This document shows, piece after piece, positions 49,873-61,547 of a stretch of DNA of 64,000 bases (positions are counted from its first letter, which is position 1; every line of letters begins with the position of its first letter). Origin of the DNA: Podarcis pityusensis (lineage: Eukaryota). The stretch lies in the NCBI GenBank assembly GCA_964106645.2, contig OZ067041.1; one strand, given 5' to 3'. The notes below the pieces were generated by a model. The model was not told where the DNA came from, did no database searches, and was given only the letters and a program-made list of their open reading frames with translations. Position numbers and translations under genes: made by a program.

Positions 49873-51325
49873 CAATGTTAATAACCATATATTCTGGTAC
49901 TGGTAATTCTGATACTGGTACTCCTGAATTCAGAAAAGGTTAACAGTATATTGGAATGCAGAAAGCAAACAACTGATACTTTACTGCAGACCCAGCAGCA
50001 AAGGGTATAGTTATTCTCTTCTGTTAACTTTCAAGTACAGCTGACTGAGAAGAAAACATTTTCGTGAAATATCCGAAAGTGTACCTATTGAGTTCTTATT
50101 TTAAATTATTTAACATTTTATAGCTTAAAACATTAATTTTAAATAAATCTATAAAATTACAGCATGATTTTATACTTCTCTATCATGTCTTCTCCTTACT
50201 TGTCTTTTTTCTAAACTAAAAACTCCATTGTTTTTCAGTCATTGGTTCTTTGTTCATCTTCCTTCCCTCCTACCAGCCACAGTTGTTAGTGACTTGTCAT
50301 GGTAGGGAGGGCACTACAGAAACAACATTGTAAGGGAAAGACAGGTGCCAGTGACACAGAGCTTGGGGAGAAAAAACAATTTCCCATTGCCTTCTCTCTA
50401 CCAGATGTGTTACTGCTGTGGAGGAAACTGTTCCTGGGGAATTTTTTGGAGTTAATGGAGCCATCAGTCTGTAGCAACAGAAAAGGTCCACCAGGATGAA
50501 TGATATAAATGAAATACCATCACTCTTTACAAATTCAGTTGACATTTATCTTATTCCTGCTCCCCCCTCCATAGAAGGAAAAGTAGAAAGGGTCACAGAT
50601 TTTTGTTTCCAAAATTAAAGAAAAAAAGATTGATAAGGAAGGCTTTATTTTTAGACTGAACAGTCAAAGGCCACATCTGATATTTATTTCTTTACATATG
50701 TAATATCTATGCCCAGCTTTTTCCTTAATCAGCTCCTGTACGTAGAGGGTTACTCAATTTTATTCCCATGAGGTTAGTTAAACCGAAATAGAAGTTCTCA
50801 GCATCTCTGAACAGTGCTATGCAAAATAACTGTATTGAAATAATTTGTATTACATATAACTTTTTGTATCATATGTAAAAGCCAGTGAAGCCTTGTCACT
50901 AGAAGTTTGGGCTTTGGATCTTGGACTTCTGGGGGCAAATTCCTGCTCATCTTGGAGTTTTCTTAGGAAGCTTAGGACAACATCACTGGATTTCTTCAAC
51001 TTACTGAAAACCATCTGCTTTAAATGGTGGATCTCAGATTGTAAAGCATTTTGTACACTTGAGATGTTACATCTGTTTCCAAAAAACCTGGAACAATCAT
51101 GCAATAAATCATCCAGACAAAACAGATTTCTGAGGCAGACAGATCTCAGGCTGTGAAGAGACTTGGGGTACATTAAGATACGGGGAATATGACATTAGTT
51201 TTCCAGATTATAATGCTAGCACTTCTGTCTCATGTTCTAATGTTCCTTTCACACTGCAATACCTGTTGTGTGAAGCAATGCGTGCGGTGCTATGGATATC
51301 AAATCCAAACTCTTCTTCTTCTTCT

Positions 51326-51633
51326 TCTAAACCACTGAGCCTCGTGGCTTGCTCTGTCCCAGCTCCTGCCAACCTAGCAGTTCAAAGCACACCAGTGCAA
51401 GTAGATAAATAGGTACTGCTGCAGTGGGAAGGTAAACGGTGTTTCTGTGCGCTCTGTTTTCTGTCATGGTGTCCCGTTGCACCAGAAGCGGTTTAGTCAT
51501 GCTGGCCACATGACCCCGAAAGCTGTCTGTGGACAAACACCACCTCCCTCAGCCTGAAAGTGAGATGAGTGCCGCAACCTCATAGTTGCCTTTGACTGGA
51601 CTTAACCATCCAGGGGTCTTTTACCTTTTACCT
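51326..51633 (+). mobile_element. Sauria SINE (5'-truncated)
   Basis: Characteristic body (gcaagtagataaatagg, gtcatgctggccacatgacc) and ACCTTT-type tail. Confidence 0.85.
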
Positions 51634-53226
51634 ACCTGTGTGATGGAAGTGTGGCTTTTTGATTAACATTCCAGCATGTCTTGCTGAGTTTTATTCACAC
51701 ATATACACTCTTGGTTTTAAAGAATATTGCTCTTTTTTTGTATCTCTGTAAGTTGCTTTGAGTGTGGTGTTTTATGGAAAGGTCGCTAATATATTTATTA
51801 ATCATGATGATAATGGCTATTAATAAATATCACAAAACATTTCTTTGAAGTTAAAAGTATGTCACTAAGAGAAAAGCTATCATCATCATCGTTGTTATTA
51901 TGAGGTGATATGCAGTGTTTGACTTACGTGTACTGTATGAATTAGTTGGATATCATTCATCATCATTATTTTAATGAGTGGCTTTGAATTATAATGATAT
52001 GCCCAATACAGGAAGTTTGAATGAATTGAAACCCATGGGAAAGTGAAGTCTGCATTTCAGGCACCAGTGTTTGAAACTCCCATTGTTCTAGGCCCATTTT
52101 GCGCCAGGGAATTTATTAGCGTGAGCAGTTTCTGAGCTCTGAGTGCAGTACTGCACCGAAGATTTCAGATTAAAACTGCAGAGTGGAAGGAAAAGAGGAC
52201 CCTTTTATGCCTCCCCACTTCCAGCTACTCTCTGAAGACTGGAGAAGGGACCCTCTTAAGAATATTAGGGGGGTGGGCAGGAAAGGACTAGACCAAGTGA
52301 AAAATGAACATAATATTTTGGCAGCAGTTCATTCATTTTCAGCTTTGTATTCTTGTTATAAAAAAGTGCACCTAGACATTCCGATGTTGCACCCATAACC
52401 TGGGTTTAAGGTGCCTTTTAGCTCCTAGCTTTCATATCTCAGTTTCTAACACTGTCAGGCATTGATTCAATGTGCAAATATAGAGTATGTGGCTTCAGCC
52501 ACTAAAATCAGAAGCTGTTCTTTGGCATGAGGCCCTCATGGTGCCCGTCTTCTTGCCACTGCAAACTTTGCTGCCGAAGCATTTTTCACACAGGAGGGAA
52601 CTCTTCCCATTTTGATCTCTTTTCACTTGTTTCTCCCTTGTGTGCAGGAAATTGATTATCTCATTTTGAGGATAATTGACAGTGATTATTCTTAATCTAG
52701 CATCCGCCACAGTCCAATTCCCACTCCTTTTAATACTGTGTCTGGCTTTCTTTGTCACAGCTGCTTTCCAGAGAAGTAATCCACAACCTTGGGCAAAAGA
52801 CCACAGTCTCTATAAACAAAAGTCAATACATATGTGTTGTCATTGAAAAACTGAGCAACCGCTGTTTGAACTGTAGGTCGAGAATGGAGAAAGACACTTG
52901 TTCCAGTGTAGCTGACTTGGCATGTTACACTGCACTATGTTTGCAGAAAATGGGACTCAGGGGTTCCATTCATGAGCAAGAAAGGAAGCCAAGATGAGGA
53001 CACTAAGTTAACTCATTTTCTTTGACACCATCCTCTCAGTTATCACTCAACATTGACACATACATGGGCTGTTGTCATTGAGAGGCAGGTGTGGTAAGTA
53101 GTAAGGTGATCAAGAGGAAGACATTTAATGACCCTACTACTGTTTTCTTTCTGCAACCTGTTCGCTGGATATCCAACACCCCCACTTCCTACCCTTCTTA
53201 AGAGATGTGCCCCTCACTCTTATTTA

Positions 53227-53639
53227 TAGGGATAGGCAAATAGGTCAATTTTGGTTTCTCTCAGTTTCTCACATTTCCAACCTTAAGTTGAGTTCTCCAC
53301 ATTTCCATATATCAGTCTGTGATTTTTTTTTTTTTGGTTATAAAAAGTTTTAATGCAAATTCATCAGCATTTTTGTTTGCAGTTTTGCCAAATATTTACA
53401 TTTTTTTCAGAGCATTGCCCCCTAATACAATGCAATTTTTTTCTATGTGGTGTTTGCCATGCATGCCTACATTACTCTAGTATATGCATTTTTGTACCAA
53501 TTTCTGACTTGGGGACTGCACTGCAAAATTCAGAGAAGTGTGAATTTCAAAGGATGGCTGCATTCCAGTTCTTGTCGTTTTAGAAAGTGAGAAGTTCACC
53601 TGTAAATGAGAATGGAATAGAATTTTTCCTCCATCCCTA
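53227..53639. mobile_element. AT-rich non-autonomous DNA element with TAGGGAT termini
   Basis: tagggatagg...ccatcccta ends; related fragments at ~32125-32615, ~44470-44900 (reverse) and ~60978-61115. Confidence 0.6.
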
Positions 53640-53781
53640 GCGATTTATGCTGCTCCTGGTAGATATAGGTTATGCATATTGGACTTGGGCCTATGCAGGC
53701 CCTTCTATAAACAACCCTGCAGGGTCTACTCTACTGTGATTGGTATGCTCTTCAATATCTCAGGCTGAGGGCTTTTTTGTA

Positions 53782-54007
53782 CAGTGGTACCTCAGGTTAC
53801 ATACGCTTCAGGTTACAGACTCCGCTAACCCAGAAATATTATCTCGGGTTAAGTACTTTGCTTCAGGATGAGAACAGAAATCGTGCTCCAGCGGCGCGGC
53901 AGCAGCAGGAGGCCCCATTAGCTAAAGTGGTACCTCAGGTTAAGAACAGTTTCAGGTTAAGTATGGACCTCTGCAGCGAATTAAGTACTTAAACTGAGGT
54001 ACCACTG
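53782..54007 (+). mobile_element. Tc1/mariner MITE, copy 5
   Basis: Same TIRs, TA flanks. Confidence 0.9.
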
Positions 54008-54107
54008 TACTGCTCAAAATTCTTTAACTAAATAAAACACAGATTCTTGTGCCTAGAATGCATTTCATTTACCCTAGTAACAGCATCCCTGCCTATAGCT
54101 TCTCTTT

Positions 54108-54338
54108 TTCATTATTTAGTTGTTCCATTTATATTTTGTATTTCCTCCAAGGAGCTCAAGGGGGCATAAATGGTTTTCCTACCTTCCTTGCATTGGGACA
54201 ACAAGCTTGTGAGGCAGGTTAGGCTGAGAAACAGTGACTGGCCCAAGGTCACCCATTGAGCTTCATGGCTGAATGGAGATTTGAATTTGGGTCTCCCCGG
54301 TCTCAGTCTAACATGGTAACAGCTGCACCACACTGGCT
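54108..54338 (-). mobile_element. MIR/Ther1-derived (Squam3-like) SINE
   Basis: gactggcccaaggtcaccca core and reversed tRNA head. Confidence 0.75.
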
Positions 54339-55435
54339 TTGAGATTCATTTTGATACCCCAGACAGAAAGGGAAACTGTGATTGCCCCAAGATTGCCATG
54401 GCAACCTGCTGGATTAGTCACATTCCAGGAAACAGCTAATGTGCCCCATGGAAGCTCTCTCACATCAATTATCTCTTCAAATGCAGTGCACACTGGGCCT
54501 CTTGCCTGCCTGACAAGTGCTCAGCTATGAGGGAGGGAGGGATAGAACAGTCTGGAGCAATTTCACAGGTGGGGACCTTTTTTAAACAGTATATACACTC
54601 AAATACTTTTATGAGATGGTCAGAGGACTGCCTTTCAAGCTTTAAAGTTTTTTTCCATCATAGATAACAGTCACTCCAAGCTGGTCCAACTTGGAATATA
54701 ACCAATGACACTCCTGCAGATGATCTCAGTATCTGGGCCTAAGTTGTTCAGGGGTCATGAGCCATCTTCCCCCCACCTCCAACGGGAGAGTATCCCATTA
54801 CATGTAAAACATCTCCAGCCAGTTAGTTGTGGAGTCAGTAAATTGCTACTGGGGTAGGGGTTTTTTGTTTGTTTTTTGGCATCACAATTTTATGTCATCA
54901 GCCTTAGGATATGGAAAATTAAAAATGAGCATTGGGATAAATAGGCTTTTAATGTAGTCACTATCAGATGGTAATGTATTGGTGATGAAGTAACAAACAC
55001 ATGGAAAAGCCAGTCATTTGTGCCAACTGCCTACAGTTTCTACATGTGATCAGAAATCTAAATCTAAATAAGCAGCTGCAATTCTCCTACACGTGTGAGT
55101 GGATGCTGGCTTCCCATGTAGCTGCCTGCTCGGTACTATGTCAGTCAGTCTCTGGTAAATGGTTGTCTGAAGTTGCCCTAAGAATCTACAGGGCTTTCTG
55201 CCTGGTTCTCAGAACATGCTGCTATTTTACATATTAATATTGCAGTGTTTTATGTGACTGGATACATGTGGACTGACCCATTTTTGGAAACGAAACATTG
55301 TCAAGGCCCATAAGTTTAATTACAACTTTACTTGCAGAACTTTCTTCAAAACAAATAAAAAAATTGAGATTTGAGATTTTTTGGGGGTGGGGGAGTACTG
55401 CGACCCAGTTGCCATAATGCACAAATCATCAGTGT

Positions 55436-55530
55436 GTGTGTGCTTTTATACCTGTTTTGTGCTTTTTATACCTGTTTTTTTTTTTATACCTGTTTTGTGC
55501 TTTTTACACCTGTGTGTGCTTTTTATACAC
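55436..55530. repeat. Minisatellite, ~20-bp unit (gtgctttttatacctgtttt) x4-5
   Basis: Direct inspection. Confidence 0.8.
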
Positions 55531-57844
55531 TTTTAAAAAATCATGTACCTTCTGTGTGGACCAACACATTTTTTTCAGGCTATGTACCAATTCTATTTGG
55601 CTTATACACGTAAATGCTGAATAACTGCCCTCAAGACCCAGATAAACTCTCTGTAAACTTGCCCTTTACGTTCACACATGGTGGTTTCCAACAGTTATGT
55701 CACCCCTCTGTGCCTTCAAGAATTCATACCCTCTCATAAATTAGTTACCTGTTAAGCAGCTAACACACAGTAACACTGAGGAGGGAAAAAAGGCCACTTT
55801 CATTTTCTAAATGCCCTGTACATGGTATGAAATTTAATCCCTCTGTGAATCATAATCTGCGATGCTCAGAATAGATCGACTATATATATCTAATGTTATT
55901 TTCAGGGATGTGAACAGGAAGGCTCCAGAGCTTGTACAGCCTGTGTTCAAGCATCTCTGTTGCGCCAAACAATTTAGGGCAATGTAGTCTGGAAATAATT
56001 CTCCCCCTCCCCACTCCTCTCTAGCAGTTTACTGGGTGGATGTGTGGGCGTCTGTTGTGGAGGCGTCTTGGGCTTGCTAATGAAGCTAAGGACATGAATA
56101 ATATTTGACTGCTGCTGCGTGATGCCTCTGAGAGCCGTATTCATTTGTCTCTGTAGCTATTTGAGAGCAAGCAGCCGGCGTGTGCAGGCGATCCAGTCCC
56201 TATCCTCGGCTTTCTCTTTCGTCGCTTCTTAATCTTAATTTATAGCACTATCTTAAAAGAAAATATGGAGCATATCTTTTGCTAAAAATAATTATATTGC
56301 GATTAGCTTTACTTAAAGGAAAATGGGATTTAAAAATAACACGATCGCTTTGACAGGATGGGTTTAATGTGTGATCCACATAAGAATTAGTAAGGTCATT
56401 TGCTTGATAGCCACCAGACCTTTCAGATGAAACCATAACTGCAGCTGCCAGCCAGAGACGGACTTTTAATTACTTTTTTTGTAGGGCAGGGCAGGACAGG
56501 GAAGGGAGGGAAACCTAAACAATTATGTCTTAGGACTTATTGTTTTGTATTCTCTCTCTGTGTGCTAGAAATTTAAAAAACTGGCACCTTCAGAAGAGAT
56601 TACAAAGAAAGAGCAGAGTAGAGAATGAAACGAGCTTATGTCTAATAAAGAACAAATCGCTTAAACCAGAGGGACTAATTTGACTGAAAAAAGTTGTTGT
56701 TTTAAAAGCATATACAGAAGCTGGTTTAATTATTTGCAATGATCCTGTTTCCTGTAGCTAAGACATATTAAACATGTCCAGAGATGTAATAAGGACACAA
56801 AGTCAAGATGGTGACGCTTTCTAGTTACGAGGAACAATTTTTCACATTTGATTTTTGTGAAGGTTTTCTCTGTCTGCCCAAAGCTCAATGTAAGGAAGAG
56901 GAGGTGGATTAACAATGCAGAGGCACATTGTTCTTCTACCAGCCTGTTTATATGCTGCTACAAATTAAGGGTTTAGTGTCATGGAAACAGCTCCTTTATT
57001 TGGAAAGCGACTGCACCACTATGAGAAGCAAACAGAGCATGCAAGAGTGAGAGAGAGTTGGATGGAGGGAGGCAATGTGTTGTCTACTCAGCCTAACATT
57101 ATCTAACATGTTTTCCGATACTTTTGGGAAAGGGCAGAGGTTCTGAAATACTTGCTGCATTACTTTACAACCTATTATAAGTGGTTTCTGCATTGGCAGG
57201 TGTCCCCTACACATGTGAGACATTTAGGGCAACTGTGCTCTCTGTGTTGGCATGTGTAGAAAATATGATTATAGAAATACTGTATGGTTTTCTTTTTCTT
57301 TTTCAAGAGCTGACAGGGTTAAGCCACGTTATGTATTCCTGAAGTCTGTCAGGAAGGAAACGCTTATGAAATAAGAATTTAGAAACTAAGGCTACTAGGG
57401 CCAACATTGTAGGCTTAACACAAGCTTGCGCTGTTTTTCTAGGTGCAATTTAATTAACGTGGTAATATATATATTTTAAAATAATACTAATCCTGTTCCT
57501 TGTACAGTTTGTTTTCTGCTGTTTTAAGCTGCTGAGTTTTAAGTTACTGTAAGGTCATGTTTTGTAACTCAAGCCTTCTTGAGTTCACTTAATGAAAAAA
57601 GCAGGACAGGAGTATTTTTAAAAATTAATAAATAAAACCATTAGAATAGCAGAAATTGGAGGACATTACATTGGCATTCATATTAATGTCACATGTATGT
57701 GGTATTAAACTACTCCATCATCTACCAATATTTTTAACAAAATACCATGGGCTGCAGTTAATTTAAAATTGATAACACTTTTTTCTGTTACTAGCTAGCT
57801 TATATTATTATTTATTTAAAAGGTAGATTATTCAGTCAATTGTC

Positions 57845-58043
57845 TTCTTGGACTAGTACCTAGGAAGACCAGAATTCAAATGCTAACTGAGCTATTAAGT
57901 TCACTGGATGACTTTGGGCCACTCACGGTCTCTCAGCCTAACTTACCTCTCAGGGCTGTTGTGAGAAAATGTAGATAGGGAGAACCATCTAAGCCACCTT
58001 GAACTTCTTGAAGGAATGGTGGGATATAAATGTCATCATAATA
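57845..58043 (+). mobile_element. MIR/Ther1-derived (Squam3-like) SINE
   Basis: gatgactttgggccactc...ctctcagcctaac core. Confidence 0.7.
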
Positions 58044-59785
58044 AACTTTTTGAAAATGTGAAGTTATAAATATCACGGATTCTGTTTTTATGTCATTTAT
58101 AGCATTTTCCTCAATAAGAAGTTATATACCTTTGTTCCCACAAGTTCTGTGATGGTGAACTACAGAAAGCACCATTTTGAATGCAATGGATTACATCTGT
58201 CTCTATGGAGATTTTATGTAATTTCGTATCAGCCTTGGAAATGCAGGTATTTTATTGTAGATGTATTTGGTTTTTGATCTGGGGTGAGATCCAGCTTACA
58301 GTGATCTCAAGGTAGAGGAAGCCTTGAGGCCCCACCATTTATTAATCTCCCTGAAACTCAGTCTGAGGGAAAACAATGTATGGATTTTCTTGAGATAAGA
58401 GAACATGTAGCTGGATCTCATAATTTGATCCCATAATTTCAGAGCCTTCTAGTGGTCATTCTGAACTTCTTCTTACCTCACCAAAGACCAGTGAAGGAGA
58501 CAGCTCAAGGCCACTCAGTGGCTTGACAGCACAAGGCTCTAAGAGAGAGCATTTCCTTTTTAAAGCTCCCTTCTCCCATCAGCTTGTGAACTGTGATTTG
58601 AGAATTTAAGGCTGTACTTGTAGTCTGTTAGCACAACATCTCTTTACATCAGATCTGTCCCTGCACCTGTGGATCCTGTGCCCTGCAATTTAGTAGCCCG
58701 ATCCAGCTATTCAGTGCATGTTACCCACAATTTTGGAACCAAATTGCTCCAGGATGATGCTCTTGGGCTAGTGTTCTCCACCCTCTGCACATACTGCTGA
58801 CCTGGAACAGGATTGAAACTCAGTTGACCAATGGCCCGACTGCTTTCTTTGGTTCTGAATAAAAACAGCGCTCTCCTTTCCACCCCCAAATGTGAGTGTA
58901 TTTCATCTTTGGACTGAAACAATGTATTCAAATAGCAAATTACCGAGTTCTATAAGGTTAATTCTTCCTGTCTCGTCTTTATAGAAGTCCATTTGCTTTT
59001 ATATTACATTTTTTTAAAATGCAATGCTTTATTTATCCTAATTTAGCATTTATGTGATTTGGCTGCATTAATAGGAAAACAGCATTTCTAGGTGAAAGCC
59101 CAGCAACCTTAGCAGATTGGGGTCAGAGGTGCCATCTTCTCAAGATGATTGAGGGGGCCTGACATGATGCCCTGACGTCAGGCACGCATGATATCGGGAG
59201 GAGCCAGGGACTGGAGCTGAATGCCCTGTGAACATTGAGGAGGCCCACCCCCCCTGAAAAAACATGGGGGAGGGAGACAGTGCCTCGGCCCCTAGGATCT
59301 GGAGCCTATGATTGGGCCTCATACCAATTACAGTACACCAAGCTAGACTTTAGCTGTTAAACAATGCGTCTGAAGGACACATACCTATGTGTGTATTTGA
59401 GAGGAAGTTAAAAAGAAACACATTGAACTAGCAGCAGACGACATGGTAGGATGTTGCCATTCACTTGACCCTCGGATCAGTTATGTCTCTGCGGCTTACT
59501 GAGAGGTAAAGAGAGGGGAGGTAGCAGTGTGGTTGGCATGGTGCAACTGCACCAGATTGGCTTCTCCAGTGTGTTTGCACCATGCTGACCTTGCTGCTGC
59601 TCACACTATCCTTCTCTAGCTCCTGGTAAGTAGCAGTGATGCAATTGACTAGAGGTCAGGGGAGTGGTGGTGCTCAAACATGCTGTCCGCTACTGCTTTG
59701 AGCTTAATCTTTTCCCACATAAAGGTACAGGGCCTGTAAGCAAAGGCATCCCTACCGGACTCAACAGTTCTCATCTTTCCCTCTA

Positions 59786-60000
59786 CAGTGGTACCTCGGG
59801 TTAAGAACTTAATTCATTCCAGAGGTCTGTTCTTAAGCTGAAACTGTTCTTAACCTGAGGTACCATTTTAGCTATCGGGGCCTCCCGCTGCTGCTGCGCG
59901 ATTTCTGTTCTCATCCTGAAGCAAAGTTCTGAACCTGAGGTACTATTTCTGGGTTAGCGGAGTCTGTAACCTGAAGCGTCTGTAACCCGAGGTACCTCTG
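59786..60000 (-). mobile_element. Tc1/mariner MITE, copy 6 (reverse orientation)
   Basis: Reverse complement of the other copies; TA flanks. Confidence 0.88.
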
Positions 60001-60247
60001 TACTACAGCAAGCAAGCTGCACACCATGCCATTATGGGGAATGAGAGGGCTTTGCATGTCTTTCACCAGGTTCTTGAATGGCTTGAACACCACTAAGTGG
60101 AGGTCTTAATAAAGTAGAGGGGGCTGTGTATAGACCTAGCCAGTCTCCTAGTACATTCCTTTCACATGCACCTGCCATATTGGTGGTGGAGAAATATTGA
60201 GACCTATGGGGATACTTCCATGTTGTGCCACTAATACTTGCATAGGG

Positions 60248-60248
<1 letters not shown>

Positions 60249-60292
<44 letters not shown>

Positions 60293-60378
60293 ATTTATTA
60301 TTTATACCCCGCCCATCTGGCTGGGTTTCCCTAGCCACTCTGGGCGGCTTCCAACAAAAGATTAAAAATACATTAAAA
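60249..60378 (-). mobile_element. L2-type 3' tail with (AAT)n microsatellite
   Basis: tttataccccgcccatctggctggg... reversed tail similar to the end of 39040-39610; (AAT)14 at 60249-60290. Confidence 0.65.
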
Positions 60379-61411
60379 GTGATGCCCATTTCATACTGTG
60401 ATTTTACTGTGTACTACAGCTTTTATGCTTACACACATGTAAACATTTCTGTGATCTGCTATAGCTTACAGGTATATGAGCCCAACACCCTGCTCTCTAT
60501 GGGAAGCCTTCAGGAAGGACTTGAGTACAACAGAGCTCTTGTTTTGTTTGTGTTCTGTCTCTGTATTTATATGTGACAGATGACTTGTTGCTTACCTTTA
60601 TTGATCTCTCCTTAGATCTGAAAACCCAAGAAAGGGTTAAGAAATACTGTCAAAGAATAGAAAGTGTTTGTTCTGAAATTGAATCACTGTGATGGAAAGC
60701 TTTCATTTGCCCCTTGTGAAAGCACAATAAATGCGATAGCTGTGACTTTTCTTGCCCAGAAAAGAGGAAAATGCCTTTTATTACAACTCCCTGTTCAGGA
60801 ACTGAGATGGTGTGAATTGAAGGCTAGGCGCAATTGTCTGCTGCAATAACTCTGGCTTGGGAAAAGGTTTTAACTGTGTCTAGCTCCTTGGCTGCCTCTT
60901 CCCAATTTCCCTGTGCCATCCTAGGGGAAGAACTGGTTGAGTGTGTGCTTTGCATGCAGAAAGTCTCAGGTTCAATCTAGGGATGGGGAGAAATTCAATT
61001 TTGCTTGCATTTTAATGAGGAACTAACTAATTCACACTCCTTGAACCAATACGTGAACCGAAACACAATGATCCTTCAAAAGTTGCATAATACTACAGAA
61101 ATTGCTTGCAGAAATGTTTAGAGAGAGTCAGTGTGGTGTAGTGGTTAGTGTGTTGAATTAGGACCTGGGAGACGAGGGTTCAAACCCCCCCACAGCCATG
61201 AAGGCTAGGAAAGGCTCATCTCTCAGAACTGGAGAGCTGCTGTCAGTCAGTGTTAACAGTACTGAGCCAGATGAACTAATGGTCTGAGTTGCTATAAGGC
61301 AGCTTCATCTGTTATTATGATTGGTGCAAGAGTAAAGTAGGTGCAGATGGTACTTGGAAGTGTCTTGTTTTTATTCCACCTCAGATACCCTCAAAATAGG
61401 AAATGCTAAAT

Positions 61412-61547
61412 CAGGCATAGGCAAACTTGGCCCTCCAGATGTTTTTGGCCTACAACTCCCATGATCCCTGACCATTGGTCCTGTTAGCTAGGGATCATGG
61501 GAGTTGTAGGCCAAAAACATCTGGAGGGCCGAGTTTGCCTATGCCTG
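61412..61547. mobile_element. Palindromic hAT-type MITE (~136 bp)
   Basis: Near-perfect fold-back CAGGCATAGGCAAACT...AGTTTGCCTATGCCTG. Confidence 0.85.

Noticed and set aside
52495-52997. Adjacent 81-87 aa ORFs on opposite strands
   Set aside because: No ATG starts, no convincing splice pair and no homology recognised
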